This document shows positions 1-9,184 of a stretch of DNA of 64,000 bases, in pieces. Under the pieces are notes generated by a model. It was given only the letters and a program-made list of their open reading frames with translations. It made no database searches and had not been told where the DNA came from. The DNA is from Kofleriaceae bacterium (GTDB taxonomy: Bacteria; Myxococcota_A; Polyangia; Haliangiales; Haliangiaceae): the NCBI GenBank assembly GCA_965215005.1, contig CBDCCZ010000006.1, positions 160,001-224,000 on the forward strand, given 5' to 3'. The position numbers were made by a program, and so were the translations under genes. Numbering within the stretch: position 1 is the first letter of the stretch; each line of letters starts with the position of its first letter.

Positions 1-754
1 GCTGCGCGTCGTTGCCGAGATAGAAGATGCTGCCACCAAACAAGCCCCACTGAACCCCAGCCTTGACGACCACGCTGAGATCGCCAAACGCGAGCGTCTC
101 GAACGCCGCGATAAATGTTCCCGTATCGCCAGAATCGGAGGTTTCACCTGGAAATGCCAGGGCACCGATCCCGCGCTCCGCGAGCTCGCTGAGTCGCTCG
201 CGCACCCACGCACGATGAGCATCCTTGTCGAGCCTATACGGAGGCCGCCATCGTTCTTCGGCCAGTAGCTCGCGAACTTGGTCGCGCACGGCGACGTAGC
301 GGCCGTCGAGAACGCGCCGCAGCGCCGCGATGTCGAACAGCGCCGCCGGGGCGGGAGCAACAGGACGCGGCCGCGCACCCGCAAGCAGTGAAGCCGCCGC
401 GTCAGATCCAAGCACTCCAAGCTCGTCCTCGAGCTCACGGAGCGCGCGCCGCACGCTCTCTTCCTCCACGCCTAGGCGGGCCATCGCAACCGCTAAGTCG
501 ACGAGCGAGCGGCGGTCAGTCTCCGGCAACTCGGCCGCCGCTTCGCGAATCGCCCCGAGCATCGACAACAACTCCCCAGGCGTCGGCGGCTGCCGCGGGT
601 CGAGCCAGCGTGCGAGGAAAGCTTTAGTCTTGCCATCGCCGTGCGCTGCGGCTCGCGCTCGCAACGCATCGAGCTCCGATGGATCGAGGTTGCCGTCGGC
701 CCACGCAACGTAGATGAGAGGTAACCAAGGAAGAACAGCTGGATCGATTTGCAT
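1..754 (-). CDS. Acyl-CoA dehydrogenase/oxidase family protein with N-terminal TerB-like helical domain (3' end runs off the window)
   Basis: Manual translation from ATG at 754: MQIDPAVLPWLPLIYVAWADGNLDPSE...FETLAFGDLSVVVKAGVQWGLFGGSIFYLG. The latter segment is typical of bacterial acyl-CoA oxidase/ACAD N-domains. Absent from the ORF track because it is truncated. Confidence 0.75.
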   Translation of the reverse strand, partial: MQIDPAVLPWLPLIYVAWADGNLDPSELDALRARAAAHGDGKTKAFLARWLDPRQPPTPGELLSMLGAIREAAAELPETDRRSLVDLAVAMARLGVEEESVRRALRELEDELGVLGSDAAASLLAGARPRPVAPAPAALFDIAALRRVLDGRYVAVRDQVRELLAEERWRPPYRLDKDAHRAWVRERLSELAERGIGALAFPGETSDSGDTGTFIAAFETLAFGDLSVVVKAGVQWGLFGGSIFYLGNDAQ

Positions 755-795
755 GATGGAGTTGCTCGGCGAGCTATGAGCGCGCTGAGCGGACC

Positions 796-3786
796 TCAGA
801 ACTCGCCAACGAGGAGCTTTGGCTTCTGCAACGCAATGTGCAGGACCTCAGCGAGATGGAAAGGACGAATGTCGGTGGCCTGCATAATCTGCTCACGGCA
901 GCTGAAGCCATCAGCCATGATCAACGTGTCTGGCGACGAGCTGCGCACCGCTGGCAAGATCCGCCGCTCTCCTGCCGCCATTGAAACGTCATACTTGGTA
1001 CCGCGCTCGAAGCCGAAAGCTCCTGCCATGCCGCAGCAACCGGAATCGGGCACCGATGCCTGAAGGTCCATCGCCCGATACACCTTCTCGTCTGCCTCCA
1101 TGCCCATGATGGACTTATGGTGACAGTGTCCTTGCACCAGCGCATCGATGGGTACCTTGGGGAAGGCGTAGTCGTCGACGACTTCGGTGAGAAACTCAGC
1201 CAGGGTATGGGTTTGCTTCGATAGCCGAATAGCGCGCTCGTCTGCGGGAAACAAGTTGGGCAGCTCGTCGCGGAACGCGGCCACACAAGAGGGCTCCATG
1301 CCCACCACGGGGGTGCCGCGGTCGATCTCAGAGCCGAGCGCGGCAAAGGTCTTGCCCCACAACTGTTTGGCCAAATCGATCATGCCGTAGTCATAGAGGG
1401 CACGTCCACAGCACAGTCGCTGCTCGGGCACCACCACCTGATAGCCGGCGTGCTCGAGCACCGACACCGCCGACTCCAGGGTGCTGGGAAAAAAGTGATT
1501 GTTGAAGGTATCTGGCCACAGCACCACGCGACGGTCGCGATTCACGACGCCAGGCTTGCGCCGGCGAAACCGACTCTTGAACGTGCGGCTCGCGAACTTG
1601 GGGATCGAGCGCTGCGGCGCGACGCCGGCGATGAGCTTGGCAAGGTCTCTCAGGCCGGGCGTCTGCGACACGAAGTTGACGAGCTCGGGGATACAGCCGC
1701 CAATTGCCGCCCAGCGATGGATCCAGCCAAAAGCGTAGGCCTGGCGGGGTCGCGGATGATGCTCATAGTAGTGAGCCAGAAACTCGGCCTTATAGGTGGC
1801 CATGTCGACGCTCACCGGACAGTCAGACTTGCACCCTTTACACGACAAGCACAAATCGAGTGAGTCCTTGACCGCTTCGCTCGCCCAGCCATCTGCCACC
1901 ACGTCGCCCTGCAGCATCTCGTAAAGGAGCCGCGCGCGCCCTCGCGTCGAATGCTCCTCTTCCAGCGTCACCATGTAGCTGGGGCACATGGTGCCACTCT
2001 CGGTCGCGCGACACTTGCCCACGCCCACGCAGCGAATGGCGGCGTGAGAAAATTGGCCGTTGTCTTCTGGATAGGAGAAGTAGGTCTGCAGCGCCGGCGG
2101 CTGGTACTCCCTGAGGCGCAAATCCTCGGTGCGAGAGAACGCGTCGATGACTTTGCCCGGGTTCATCTTCCAGCTGGGATCCCAGATTTCCTTAAACTCG
2201 TGAAACGCCTTCATCAGGTCGGGGCCAAACATCCGCGACAACAGCTCGCCGCGCGCTTGGCCGTCGCCGTGCTCGCCCGACAACGAGCCGCCGTACCGCC
2301 CAATGAGGTCGGCAGCGTCACGGGTGAAGCGCTCGTAGATGCCGCGTCCTTCTTGGGTGTGCAGCGCGAAGTCGATACGGGTGTGGATGCAGCCCTGGCC
2401 GAAGTGACCGTACAGCGAGCATTCGTAGCCATACTCGTTCAAGAGCTGGCGAAAGTCGCGCAAGTACGGACCCACTTGGTCGGGTGCAACCGCCGCGTCT
2501 TCCCAGCCAGGCCAGGTATCTGGCTCACCAGGAGCAAACGCGGTAGCCCCCAGCCCGGACTCGCGGATCTCCCAGATGGCATCGCCATCGTCACCGACGA
2601 ACCGCTTCATCGACGGCGGATGCGCTTGCGCGGCAAGCATCTCGCACATGGCATCCGCTTGCCCCTCTGCCTCGTCTCGACTGTCACCGCCAAACTCTAC
2701 GAGCAGCCAGCCGCCGCCCTCCGGCAAATACTCGAGGTACTCCTCGTGCATGCCTTTGGCGCGCATGCAAGCGAGCAAACGCGAGTCGATGCCTTCTAAG
2801 CCAGTCGGGCGAAACTGCCGGATCTCCGTTACGTGATCGCCCGCTTCGTAGACGCTGGGATAGCCAAGAACTACCAGCGTCCGCTCCGGCTTTGCTGGAA
2901 TCAGATGAACAGTCGCTTCGAGCACCGTCACACAGGTGGCCTCGGTGCCGACCAGAGCGCGCGCCAAGTTAAATGAGTTGTCCCGCAGTAGCGCCGGCAG
3001 GTTATAGCCGCTTACTTGCCGTTGAATATCGGGAAACTGCTCGCGGATCGGCCGCTCGTAACGGTCTCGCAGCGTGCGCAGCTGCTGATAGATCTCGGCT
3101 TTGCGCCCGCCCTCGGCCACCGCCGCGGCAAATGCCTCGTCGCTGGTCTCGCCGACTCGCATGCGCACGCCGTCGTAAGTGAGAACCTCTAGCTCGGCAA
3201 CGTTGTGCTCGGTACGCGGGCCAGGACCGTAAAACTCGGCCATGATAGCGTGCGATCCGCAGGCGTTGTTGCCAATCATTCCGCCGATGGTGCAGCGGTC
3301 ATGAGTCGAGGTGTCTGGTCCGAAGGTGAGGCCGTAGCGACTTGCCGCCTCACGAAGGTCGTCGAGCACAACACCTGGCTGGACGCGCGCGAGGCGCCGC
3401 TCGGGGTCGATCTCGATGATCTGCCGCATGTACTTCGAGTAATCGATGACGACCCCGACGTTGACGCACTGGCCGGCCAAGCTGGTCCCTCCCCCGCGCG
3501 ACAATACCGGCACCTCGAAGCGCCGACACACCGCCATCGCCCGCTCCACGTCATCGGCAGACCTTGGCACCACGACCCCTAATGGGGTCATGTGATAGTT
3601 GCTCGCGTCGGAAGCATAGGCGCCACGGCTGCCGCGATCGAAGCGTATTTCGCCTTCTACCACCGCCTCCAGCGCCGCGACCAGCTGCCGGGTCAGCCCA
3701 TCCTGCACCTCGAGAGTGTGGCCGTCGCGGGTTCGGCGGATCGCCACTAACTCGTCGCGCTGCAATGGGCTCGAATCAAGCTGCAT
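796..3786 (-). CDS. FAD-linked oxidase / 4Fe-4S / CCG-domain oxidoreductase (GlcD-GlcF fusion, YdiJ-like)
   Basis: RGGGTSLAGQ FAD motif, GEHGDG, CVGVGKC and CLSCKGC Fe-S motifs, CCG motifs. ATG at 3786 overlaps the end of the upstream gene. Confidence 0.9.
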   Translation of the reverse strand: MQLDSSPLQRDELVAIRRTRDGHTLEVQDGLTRQLVAALEAVVEGEIRFDRGSRGAYASDASNYHMTPLGVVVPRSADDVERAMAVCRRFEVPVLSRGGGTSLAGQCVNVGVVIDYSKYMRQIIEIDPERRLARVQPGVVLDDLREAASRYGLTFGPDTSTHDRCTIGGMIGNNACGSHAIMAEFYGPGPRTEHNVAELEVLTYDGVRMRVGETSDEAFAAAVAEGGRKAEIYQQLRTLRDRYERPIREQFPDIQRQVSGYNLPALLRDNSFNLARALVGTEATCVTVLEATVHLIPAKPERTLVVLGYPSVYEAGDHVTEIRQFRPTGLEGIDSRLLACMRAKGMHEEYLEYLPEGGGWLLVEFGGDSRDEAEGQADAMCEMLAAQAHPPSMKRFVGDDGDAIWEIRESGLGATAFAPGEPDTWPGWEDAAVAPDQVGPYLRDFRQLLNEYGYECSLYGHFGQGCIHTRIDFALHTQEGRGIYERFTRDAADLIGRYGGSLSGEHGDGQARGELLSRMFGPDLMKAFHEFKEIWDPSWKMNPGKVIDAFSRTEDLRLREYQPPALQTYFSYPEDNGQFSHAAIRCVGVGKCRATESGTMCPSYMVTLEEEHSTRGRARLLYEMLQGDVVADGWASEAVKDSLDLCLSCKGCKSDCPVSVDMATYKAEFLAHYYEHHPRPRQAYAFGWIHRWAAIGGCIPELVNFVSQTPGLRDLAKLIAGVAPQRSIPKFASRTFKSRFRRRKPGVVNRDRRVVLWPDTFNNHFFPSTLESAVSVLEHAGYQVVVPEQRLCCGRALYDYGMIDLAKQLWGKTFAALGSEIDRGTPVVGMEPSCVAAFRDELPNLFPADERAIRLSKQTHTLAEFLTEVVDDYAFPKVPIDALVQGHCHHKSIMGMEADEKVYRAMDLQASVPDSGCCGMAGAFGFERGTKYDVSMAAGERRILPAVRSSSPDTLIMADGFSCREQIMQATDIRPFHLAEVLHIALQKPKLLVGEF

Positions 3787-4891
3787 AGCGTTTTGCCTCT
3801 TGCCGGTTGAGCTCGATTCCAAGCCCTGGCTTGGTTCGATCGGGAACGAGCGCACCACTCTCGAGCTCGGGCAGCCCGTCGAGAAGAAGGCGCTCGATGC
3901 GCTCGTGGTCGTGGAAATACTCCAAATGCACCAGACTCTGCATCGCAGCAGCCGGGTGCAGATGCGCCGCGGGTGCAGTGTGCAGCGACAGCGGCATCGA
4001 GTAAGCCTGACACAAAGCGTCTACGTTCATGAGCCCAGTGACGCCCAGACAGCGCGTGATATCGGCCTGCAGCACGTCCACAGCTTCCGCGTCGAGCATG
4101 CGACGGAAATACATCGTGTCGTAACCATACTCGCCAGCAGTAACCGCCACGGCCGGCGGCGTATGGTCGCGGATATAGCGAAGACCTACGAGATCATCCG
4201 AGGAGACCGGCTCTTCGAACCAACGAACATCATACGCGGCAAACGCAGCGGCAAAGCCAATCGCTTGCTTGCGCGTATAGGCGCCATTGGCGTCGACGAA
4301 AAGCTCGACGTCATCCCCAATCGCCTCGCGCGCCGCGGCGACCCGCTCGACGTCGCCACCAGGATCGGCGCCGACCTTCATCTTGACCCGCGGGATGCCG
4401 ACGTCGACCCAGCCACGCAGTTGGCACTGAAGCTCGTCGATGGACAGCGAGCAGAAACCACCGCTGCCGTAGAGAGGCACCTGGTCCCGCCGTCCACCCA
4501 GCAGATCGACGAGCGGCAGGCCGAGCAGCTTGGCCTTGAGGTCCCAGAGCGCGACGTCGACTGCAGCGATGGCGCTCGACGTTATCCCCGTGCGGCCGAT
4601 ATTACGCACGGCGCGTATCATCGCCTGCCATGCGCGCGGAACCTCAAATGCGCCAAGCCCGCATATAGCCACGGCCAGCGTGTCGCGAATCAGCGAGGCG
4701 GCCGCGGGGTGGCTATACGTGTAGCCAATCCCGCGGAGCCCCGCCGCGCGAACCTCTACCCAGACCATCGTCGTCGAATCCCATTCCAGCGTGCCATCGG
4801 ACTCCGGCTGCTTGCTGGTCGGGATCGTGAAGACCTCAACGTCGAGAGCTTCGATGGCTGGGCTTCTCTGCACTAGCGAATGCTGCTCCAC
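3776..4891 (-). CDS. Mandelate racemase/muconate-lactonising enzyme (enolase superfamily)
   Basis: AIAAVDVALWDLKAK capping domain, KMK, and metal ligands in VDAN/FEEP/AGE. Confidence 0.9.
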   Translation of the reverse strand: MEQHSLVQRSPAIEALDVEVFTIPTSKQPESDGTLEWDSTTMVWVEVRAAGLRGIGYTYSHPAAASLIRDTLAVAICGLGAFEVPRAWQAMIRAVRNIGRTGITSSAIAAVDVALWDLKAKLLGLPLVDLLGGRRDQVPLYGSGGFCSLSIDELQCQLRGWVDVGIPRVKMKVGADPGGDVERVAAAREAIGDDVELFVDANGAYTRKQAIGFAAAFAAYDVRWFEEPVSSDDLVGLRYIRDHTPPAVAVTAGEYGYDTMYFRRMLDAEAVDVLQADITRCLGVTGLMNVDALCQAYSMPLSLHTAPAAHLHPAAAMQSLVHLEYFHDHERIERLLLDGLPELESGALVPDRTKPGLGIELNRQEAKRYAA

Positions 4892-6651
4892 ATGTCCTTG
4901 GCAGATAGCTTGATCATCTGCCAGCGGTTGGGATCGCCGCGCACGACCGACTCGAGGAACTTCTTAGCTTGCTCGAACTTGATGTGCGGCGGCAGCGGCG
5001 GAACTTCGGGATCGACATACGCCTCGACCAGCACCGGTCGACGCGCATCCCACGCCCGCTCCCAACCCGACGCGATATCGTCCGGACTCGTCATCAAGAT
5101 GCCCTCGAAACCGAGCATCTGCGCGTACTGCGCATAGCCAAAATCGGGGACTTGTTGCGAGGCATTGAACTTGGGGTCACCTTCCATCACCCGCTGCTCC
5201 CAAGTCACCTGATTGAGATCGCGATTATTTAGAACCAAGCAGATGAAGCGCGGGTCCTTCCACTCGCGCCAGTACTTCGAGACCGTGATGAGAACATTAT
5301 TGCCATTCATCTGCATCGCGCCATCGCCGACACACGCGATCACCGGCCGGTCGGGATGCACGAACTTTGCAGCGACTGCATAAGGAAGCCCTGGCCCCAT
5401 CGTCGCCAAGTTACCCGACAACGACGCTTTCATCCCCGGGCGCATTTTCAGGTCACGCGCGAACCAGTTGGCGGAAGAGCCCGAGTCCGCTGTAATGATG
5501 CACTTGTCGGGAAGGCGCGGCGAGAGCTCCCAGAACACCCGCTGGGGGTTGATCGGCGAGGCATCATTCATGGCCCGGTCCTCGAGAGTCTTCCACCACT
5601 TGCTAACGCGTTTTTCGATCTCTTCGCGGAAGCCACGAGACTGTTTTCGCTTGAGCAGCGGAGCGAGCAGGCGCAGCGTATCGCGAGCGTCGCCTTGCAG
5701 ATTCACTTCCATGGGATATCGCAGGCTCAGCCGGCGCGGCTTGATATCGATTTGCACGCCCCGCGCACTGCCTTCTTTGGGCAGCCACTCCGAGTATGGA
5801 AAGCTGGTGCCCACCATGAGCAGCGTGTCGCAGTTCTTCATCATCCAGTCGGTCGGCTCGGTGCCGAGCAGGCCGATCGACCCGGTCACGTAGGGCAGAT
5901 CATCGGGCACCGCCGCCTTGCCGAGTAGCGCCTTGGCAACGCCGGCTCCAAGCATGTCTGCGATGGTGAGCACCTCTTCGGCGGCGCCAAGAGCGCCTGC
6001 TCCGATGAGCATGGCGACGCGCTCGCCCTCGTTGAGGACTTGGGCCGCTCGTTTCAGCTCGTCGTCAGCAGGAACGATCCGCGGCCGCGGATGGCCGATG
6101 CCTGAGAACGTGTTGCCGTGCGACCGCGGTGGGCTTTCGACCGCATCCTGCTCTTGAATGTCCTGTGGGAAGATGACGCACGTGACGGTGCGGTTGGCCT
6201 TAGCGATGCGCATCGCCTGGTCGATGAGGTGGCGCGCCTGCGCCGGCGTCGCGCACATCTGCACGTACTCATGTGCTACGTCTTTAAAGAGGCTGATCAA
6301 GTCGACCTCTTGCTGATAGTCGCTGCCGAGCGCGCTCAGCGCTTGCTGTCCGACCAGAGCGACGACGGGCTGATTGTCCATCGCGGCGTCGTAGAGGCCA
6401 TTGAGCAAATGAATCGCTCCTGGACCAGAGGTTGCCAGGCAGACGCCAACCTCTCCTGAGAATTTGGCGTGCGCGCACGCCATGAAGGCCGCCAGCTCTT
6501 CATGCCGGGTTTGGATGAAGCGCACGTGCTCGCTGGCGCGGTCGAGAGCACCCATGAGGCCGTTGATGCCGTCGCCTGGATATCCATAGATTCGGCGAGT
6601 GCCCCATTGATAGAGCCGATGAATCACGTAATCCGCTACGTTGGTGCTCAC
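4873..6651 (-). CDS. Thiamine pyrophosphate-dependent enzyme (pyruvate oxidase/ALS family)
   Basis: GYPGDGIN, RHEE, TSGPG and GDGAMQM TPP motifs. GTG at 6651 follows an AGGAG SD. Confidence 0.9.
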   Translation of the reverse strand: MSTNVADYVIHRLYQWGTRRIYGYPGDGINGLMGALDRASEHVRFIQTRHEELAAFMACAHAKFSGEVGVCLATSGPGAIHLLNGLYDAAMDNQPVVALVGQQALSALGSDYQQEVDLISLFKDVAHEYVQMCATPAQARHLIDQAMRIAKANRTVTCVIFPQDIQEQDAVESPPRSHGNTFSGIGHPRPRIVPADDELKRAAQVLNEGERVAMLIGAGALGAAEEVLTIADMLGAGVAKALLGKAAVPDDLPYVTGSIGLLGTEPTDWMMKNCDTLLMVGTSFPYSEWLPKEGSARGVQIDIKPRRLSLRYPMEVNLQGDARDTLRLLAPLLKRKQSRGFREEIEKRVSKWWKTLEDRAMNDASPINPQRVFWELSPRLPDKCIITADSGSSANWFARDLKMRPGMKASLSGNLATMGPGLPYAVAAKFVHPDRPVIACVGDGAMQMNGNNVLITVSKYWREWKDPRFICLVLNNRDLNQVTWEQRVMEGDPKFNASQQVPDFGYAQYAQMLGFEGILMTSPDDIASGWERAWDARRPVLVEAYVDPEVPPLPPHIKFEQAKKFLESVVRGDPNRWQMIKLSAKDMWSSIR

Positions 6652-6700
6652 GCTGTGCTCCTCTTTCTTCAGACGTCTCGTAGAAAACCGACACGGGTCG

Positions 6701-6716
6701 TGCAGCATCCATGCCC
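6701..6716 (-). promoter_or_regulatory. Putative sigma54 -24/-12 promoter of the TPP operon
   Basis: GGGCATG-GATG-CTGCA (GG-N10-GC), about 50 nt upstream of the start. Confidence 0.45.
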
Positions 6717-6866
6717 CGGGGTGTAATGACCTGTGCGCGGTGCTCCCGCGGGCAATGCGGCGCGATCTCGCCACGTCGTGTCATGCACGCACGTTGGGAA
6801 TTACGAAGATTTGGCGAAAAACCCTTGGGAACAGCCCTTCTAGCCGTGGTAACAGCACTGGAAAGC

Positions 6867-6882
6867 TGGAACGCGACTTGCG
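6867..6882 (+). promoter_or_regulatory. Putative sigma54 promoter of the ElaB-like gene
   Basis: TGGAACG-CGAC-TTGCG. Confidence 0.55.
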
Positions 6883-6942
6883 TAGCAGCTCAGGAAGCTC
6901 GGCACTTGTTCATCCGAGCCACTCGCACAAGGAGGAAGCGAC

Positions 6943-7185
6943 GTGCAATACCGTGAATCAATCGAGACTCAGACCCAGAATCTAAATGCCGGCATGAAGC
7001 AGAAGGCAGATGCCCTCGCGGATGCGAGCCGCCGTCGCTTTCAGGATGCGAGCCGGTACTTCCGCGAGAACGACGCCCGCACGATGGCGACTGATCTCGG
7101 CGGCGTCATCAAGACGCACCCGATGCAGTCGTTCCTACTCGGCGTCGGAGTTGGCTATCTGCTGCTCCGCCTGTTCCGCGACTAG
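6943..7185 (+). CDS. ElaB/YqjD (DUF883)-like tail-anchored small protein
   Basis: 80 aa: amphipathic helix then IKTHPMQSFLLGVGVGYLL C-terminal TM. AGGAGG SD. Confidence 0.75.
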   Translation: MQYRESIETQTQNLNAGMKQKADALADASRRRFQDASRYFRENDARTMATDLGGVIKTHPMQSFLLGVGVGYLLLRLFRD

Positions 7186-7208
7186 TACGCTGCCGCGGGA
7201 TTGATGGC

Positions 7209-7255
7209 GCAGAAATCCGCCGCCCCGATGCGGGGCAAGGGCGGCAGATTTCTGC
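7209..7255 (+). terminator. Stem-loop downstream of the ElaB-like gene (possible terminator)
   Basis: GCAGAAATC...GATTTCTGC outer stem and GCCCCG-ATG-CGGGGC inner stem; no U-tract. Confidence 0.45.
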
Positions 7256-7507
7256 TGCTCAGGCGCCCCCTTTGGCGTCTCCCCAAGCGACTGTTGTTTT
7301 CCTAGCGGTTCACGACTTCCGCCCTGAACCAGACTTCCGCCGTGAACCAATAGTACGCCGGCGCATGCGTCGTGACGCGATTGTCGGGCGGCCCCGTGCG
7401 GGCGAGGGCCAACAACCGCTACTCACGGCGCGTATCGCCGTCCTCCCACATTTTCCCCACCTCTACCATGTCGAGCGGCTCACGCAGCTCGCCGTGAAGC
7501 CCGCCAA

Positions 7508-9184
7508 TCAGCTCGAGTTACGTACGTCTCTGCGCTGCGGCGCGGCTAGAATCGCGCGAAGCTGCCGTGCCTCCGCCGGCTTGGCGATATGCACGTCGAA
7601 CCCCGCATCCAGCGCCCGCGTTCTTTGGTCTAGCGCACTGTAGCCGCTCAGAGCGACCAAGATCATCCCACCGCACCCCGGGTCGAGGCGAACCCGGCGC
7701 GCGAGCTCGTAGCCTTCGATTCCGGGAAGGCCAAGGTCGACGAACGCCACCTCGGGCTTCCACTCTGTCAGGAGCAATAGCCCCTCAGTTCCGTCTGGGG
7801 CCGCACGCACCTCATGGCCCCACTGCTCGAGCATCATCGTGACGAGCTCGCGGGTATCGGCGTTGTCCTCGACCACGGCGACTCGCCTCGCAACCGTGTC
7901 GCCGATCTCCGGCGCCGCACTTTGCCGGCGCAGCCGCGCGCGTTCGGTCTCGAGCGGCAACTCGACAGCAAACACGCTGCCGTGACCGACTCCGTCGCTG
8001 TGCACGGATATATGGCCGCCATGGAGCTCCACCAATCGACGCGCCAGAGTCAGCCCAATTCCCAGCCCACCCGCACTTCGATCGATCGTCGCCTCGGCTT
8101 GCGTGAAGAGCTCGAAGATGTACGGCAGGACCTCTGCCGCGATGCCGACGCCATCATCGGTCACCGTTACGCGAGCCCGAGGAAGTGCACCATCCTCGCT
8201 GGTCACCACCGCCACTTCCACGACGATCGTTCCTTCAGCGCCGCTGTACTTGATCGCGTTGTCGAGCAAGTTGGTGAACACCTGTTCGAGTCGCGTCACG
8301 TCGCCGTCGATGACGAGGGGACCTTCAGGCCTCATAAGCTCGATGCAGCGACTACCATCACCGCCCACCACGCCGCTGCGGAAGTCCTGGCGTGGTTGGT
8401 TCGACGTCTCCTCCATCGCGCGTTGCTCTGCGAGCGCTTCAGGGTTTCTGCCGTGAGCCGTGAGCCGCTCACGCAAATTTACGATCAGGCGACTGAGCAG
8501 CTCACCGAGCTCGATGGGCTCTCGGCGCAGGACGATGCGGCCGCGGCTCACCCGCGACACGTCGAGCAAATCCTCAATGAGGCGCCCCAGTTGCCGGCTC
8601 TGCCGCTCGAGCGCATCGAGGCTCCGCTCTTCGATAGCGTCGCGGGCCGGGTGACGACGCAACAGCGGCACCGCCGCCGTAATGCTGGCAAGCGGGTTGC
8701 GGAGCTCGTGCGCTAGCATCGCGAGAAACTCGTCCTTGAGCCTATCTGCGTCGGCGAGTCGCCGCGCGCGATCGCGCAGCTCGCCTTCAGCGTCCTGCAA
8801 GCGAGCGAGCGAGCGCACAGTCGCGATGAGCTCCTCCGGCTCGAACGGCTGCGCCAAATAGCCATCGGCGCCAGCCTCGAGCCCTTCGACGCGCTTGTCT
8901 GCGGTGACGTAGGTGGCGGAGCTGTGCAGCACCTTGATGCGCTCGGTGTGCGAGTCGCTCTTGATCCGCCGGCACACCTCGAATCCGTCGATCTTAGGCA
9001 TGCGCACATCGAGCACCACGATGTCCGGTTGCGGCTCTTCATAGATCCGCACCAGCGCCTCGTCCCCCCCCACCGCTTCGACGACGCGAAAGCCGGCATT
9101 GCGAAGCATCTTCGAGACGAGGTAGCGGCTCGCGGGGTTGTCGTTGACGTTGAGGATGAGAAAGCGGCTGGTGTCGAGACTCAT
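7508..9184 (-). CDS. Hybrid histidine kinase REC-HisKA-HATPase-REC
   Basis: N-terminal REC (VLDVRMP), H-box AHELRNPL, N-box NLLDNAIKY, DDGVG, GLGIGL, C-terminal REC (FVDLGLP). ATG at 9184 overlaps the upstream stop (ATGA). Confidence 0.92.
   Translation of the reverse strand: MSLDTSRFLILNVNDNPASRYLVSKMLRNAGFRVVEAVGGDEALVRIYEEPQPDIVVLDVRMPKIDGFEVCRRIKSDSHTERIKVLHSSATYVTADKRVEGLEAGADGYLAQPFEPEELIATVRSLARLQDAEGELRDRARRLADADRLKDEFLAMLAHELRNPLASITAAVPLLRRHPARDAIEERSLDALERQSRQLGRLIEDLLDVSRVSRGRIVLRREPIELGELLSRLIVNLRERLTAHGRNPEALAEQRAMEETSNQPRQDFRSGVVGGDGSRCIELMRPEGPLVIDGDVTRLEQVFTNLLDNAIKYSGAEGTIVVEVAVVTSEDGALPRARVTVTDDGVGIAAEVLPYIFELFTQAEATIDRSAGGLGIGLTLARRLVELHGGHISVHSDGVGHGSVFAVELPLETERARLRRQSAAPEIGDTVARRVAVVEDNADTRELVTMMLEQWGHEVRAAPDGTEGLLLLTEWKPEVAFVDLGLPGIEGYELARRVRLDPGCGGMILVALSGYSALDQRTRALDAGFDVHIAKPAEARQLRAILAAPQRRDVRNSS

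Noticed and set aside
3716..4876. 386-aa + strand ORF
   Set aside because: Antisense shadow of the enolase-superfamily gene; no recognisable motifs; typical of GC-rich DNA.
7314..7349. Tandem repeat as a CRISPR remnant
   Set aside because: Only two adjacent 18-bp copies, no spacer and no cas genes.
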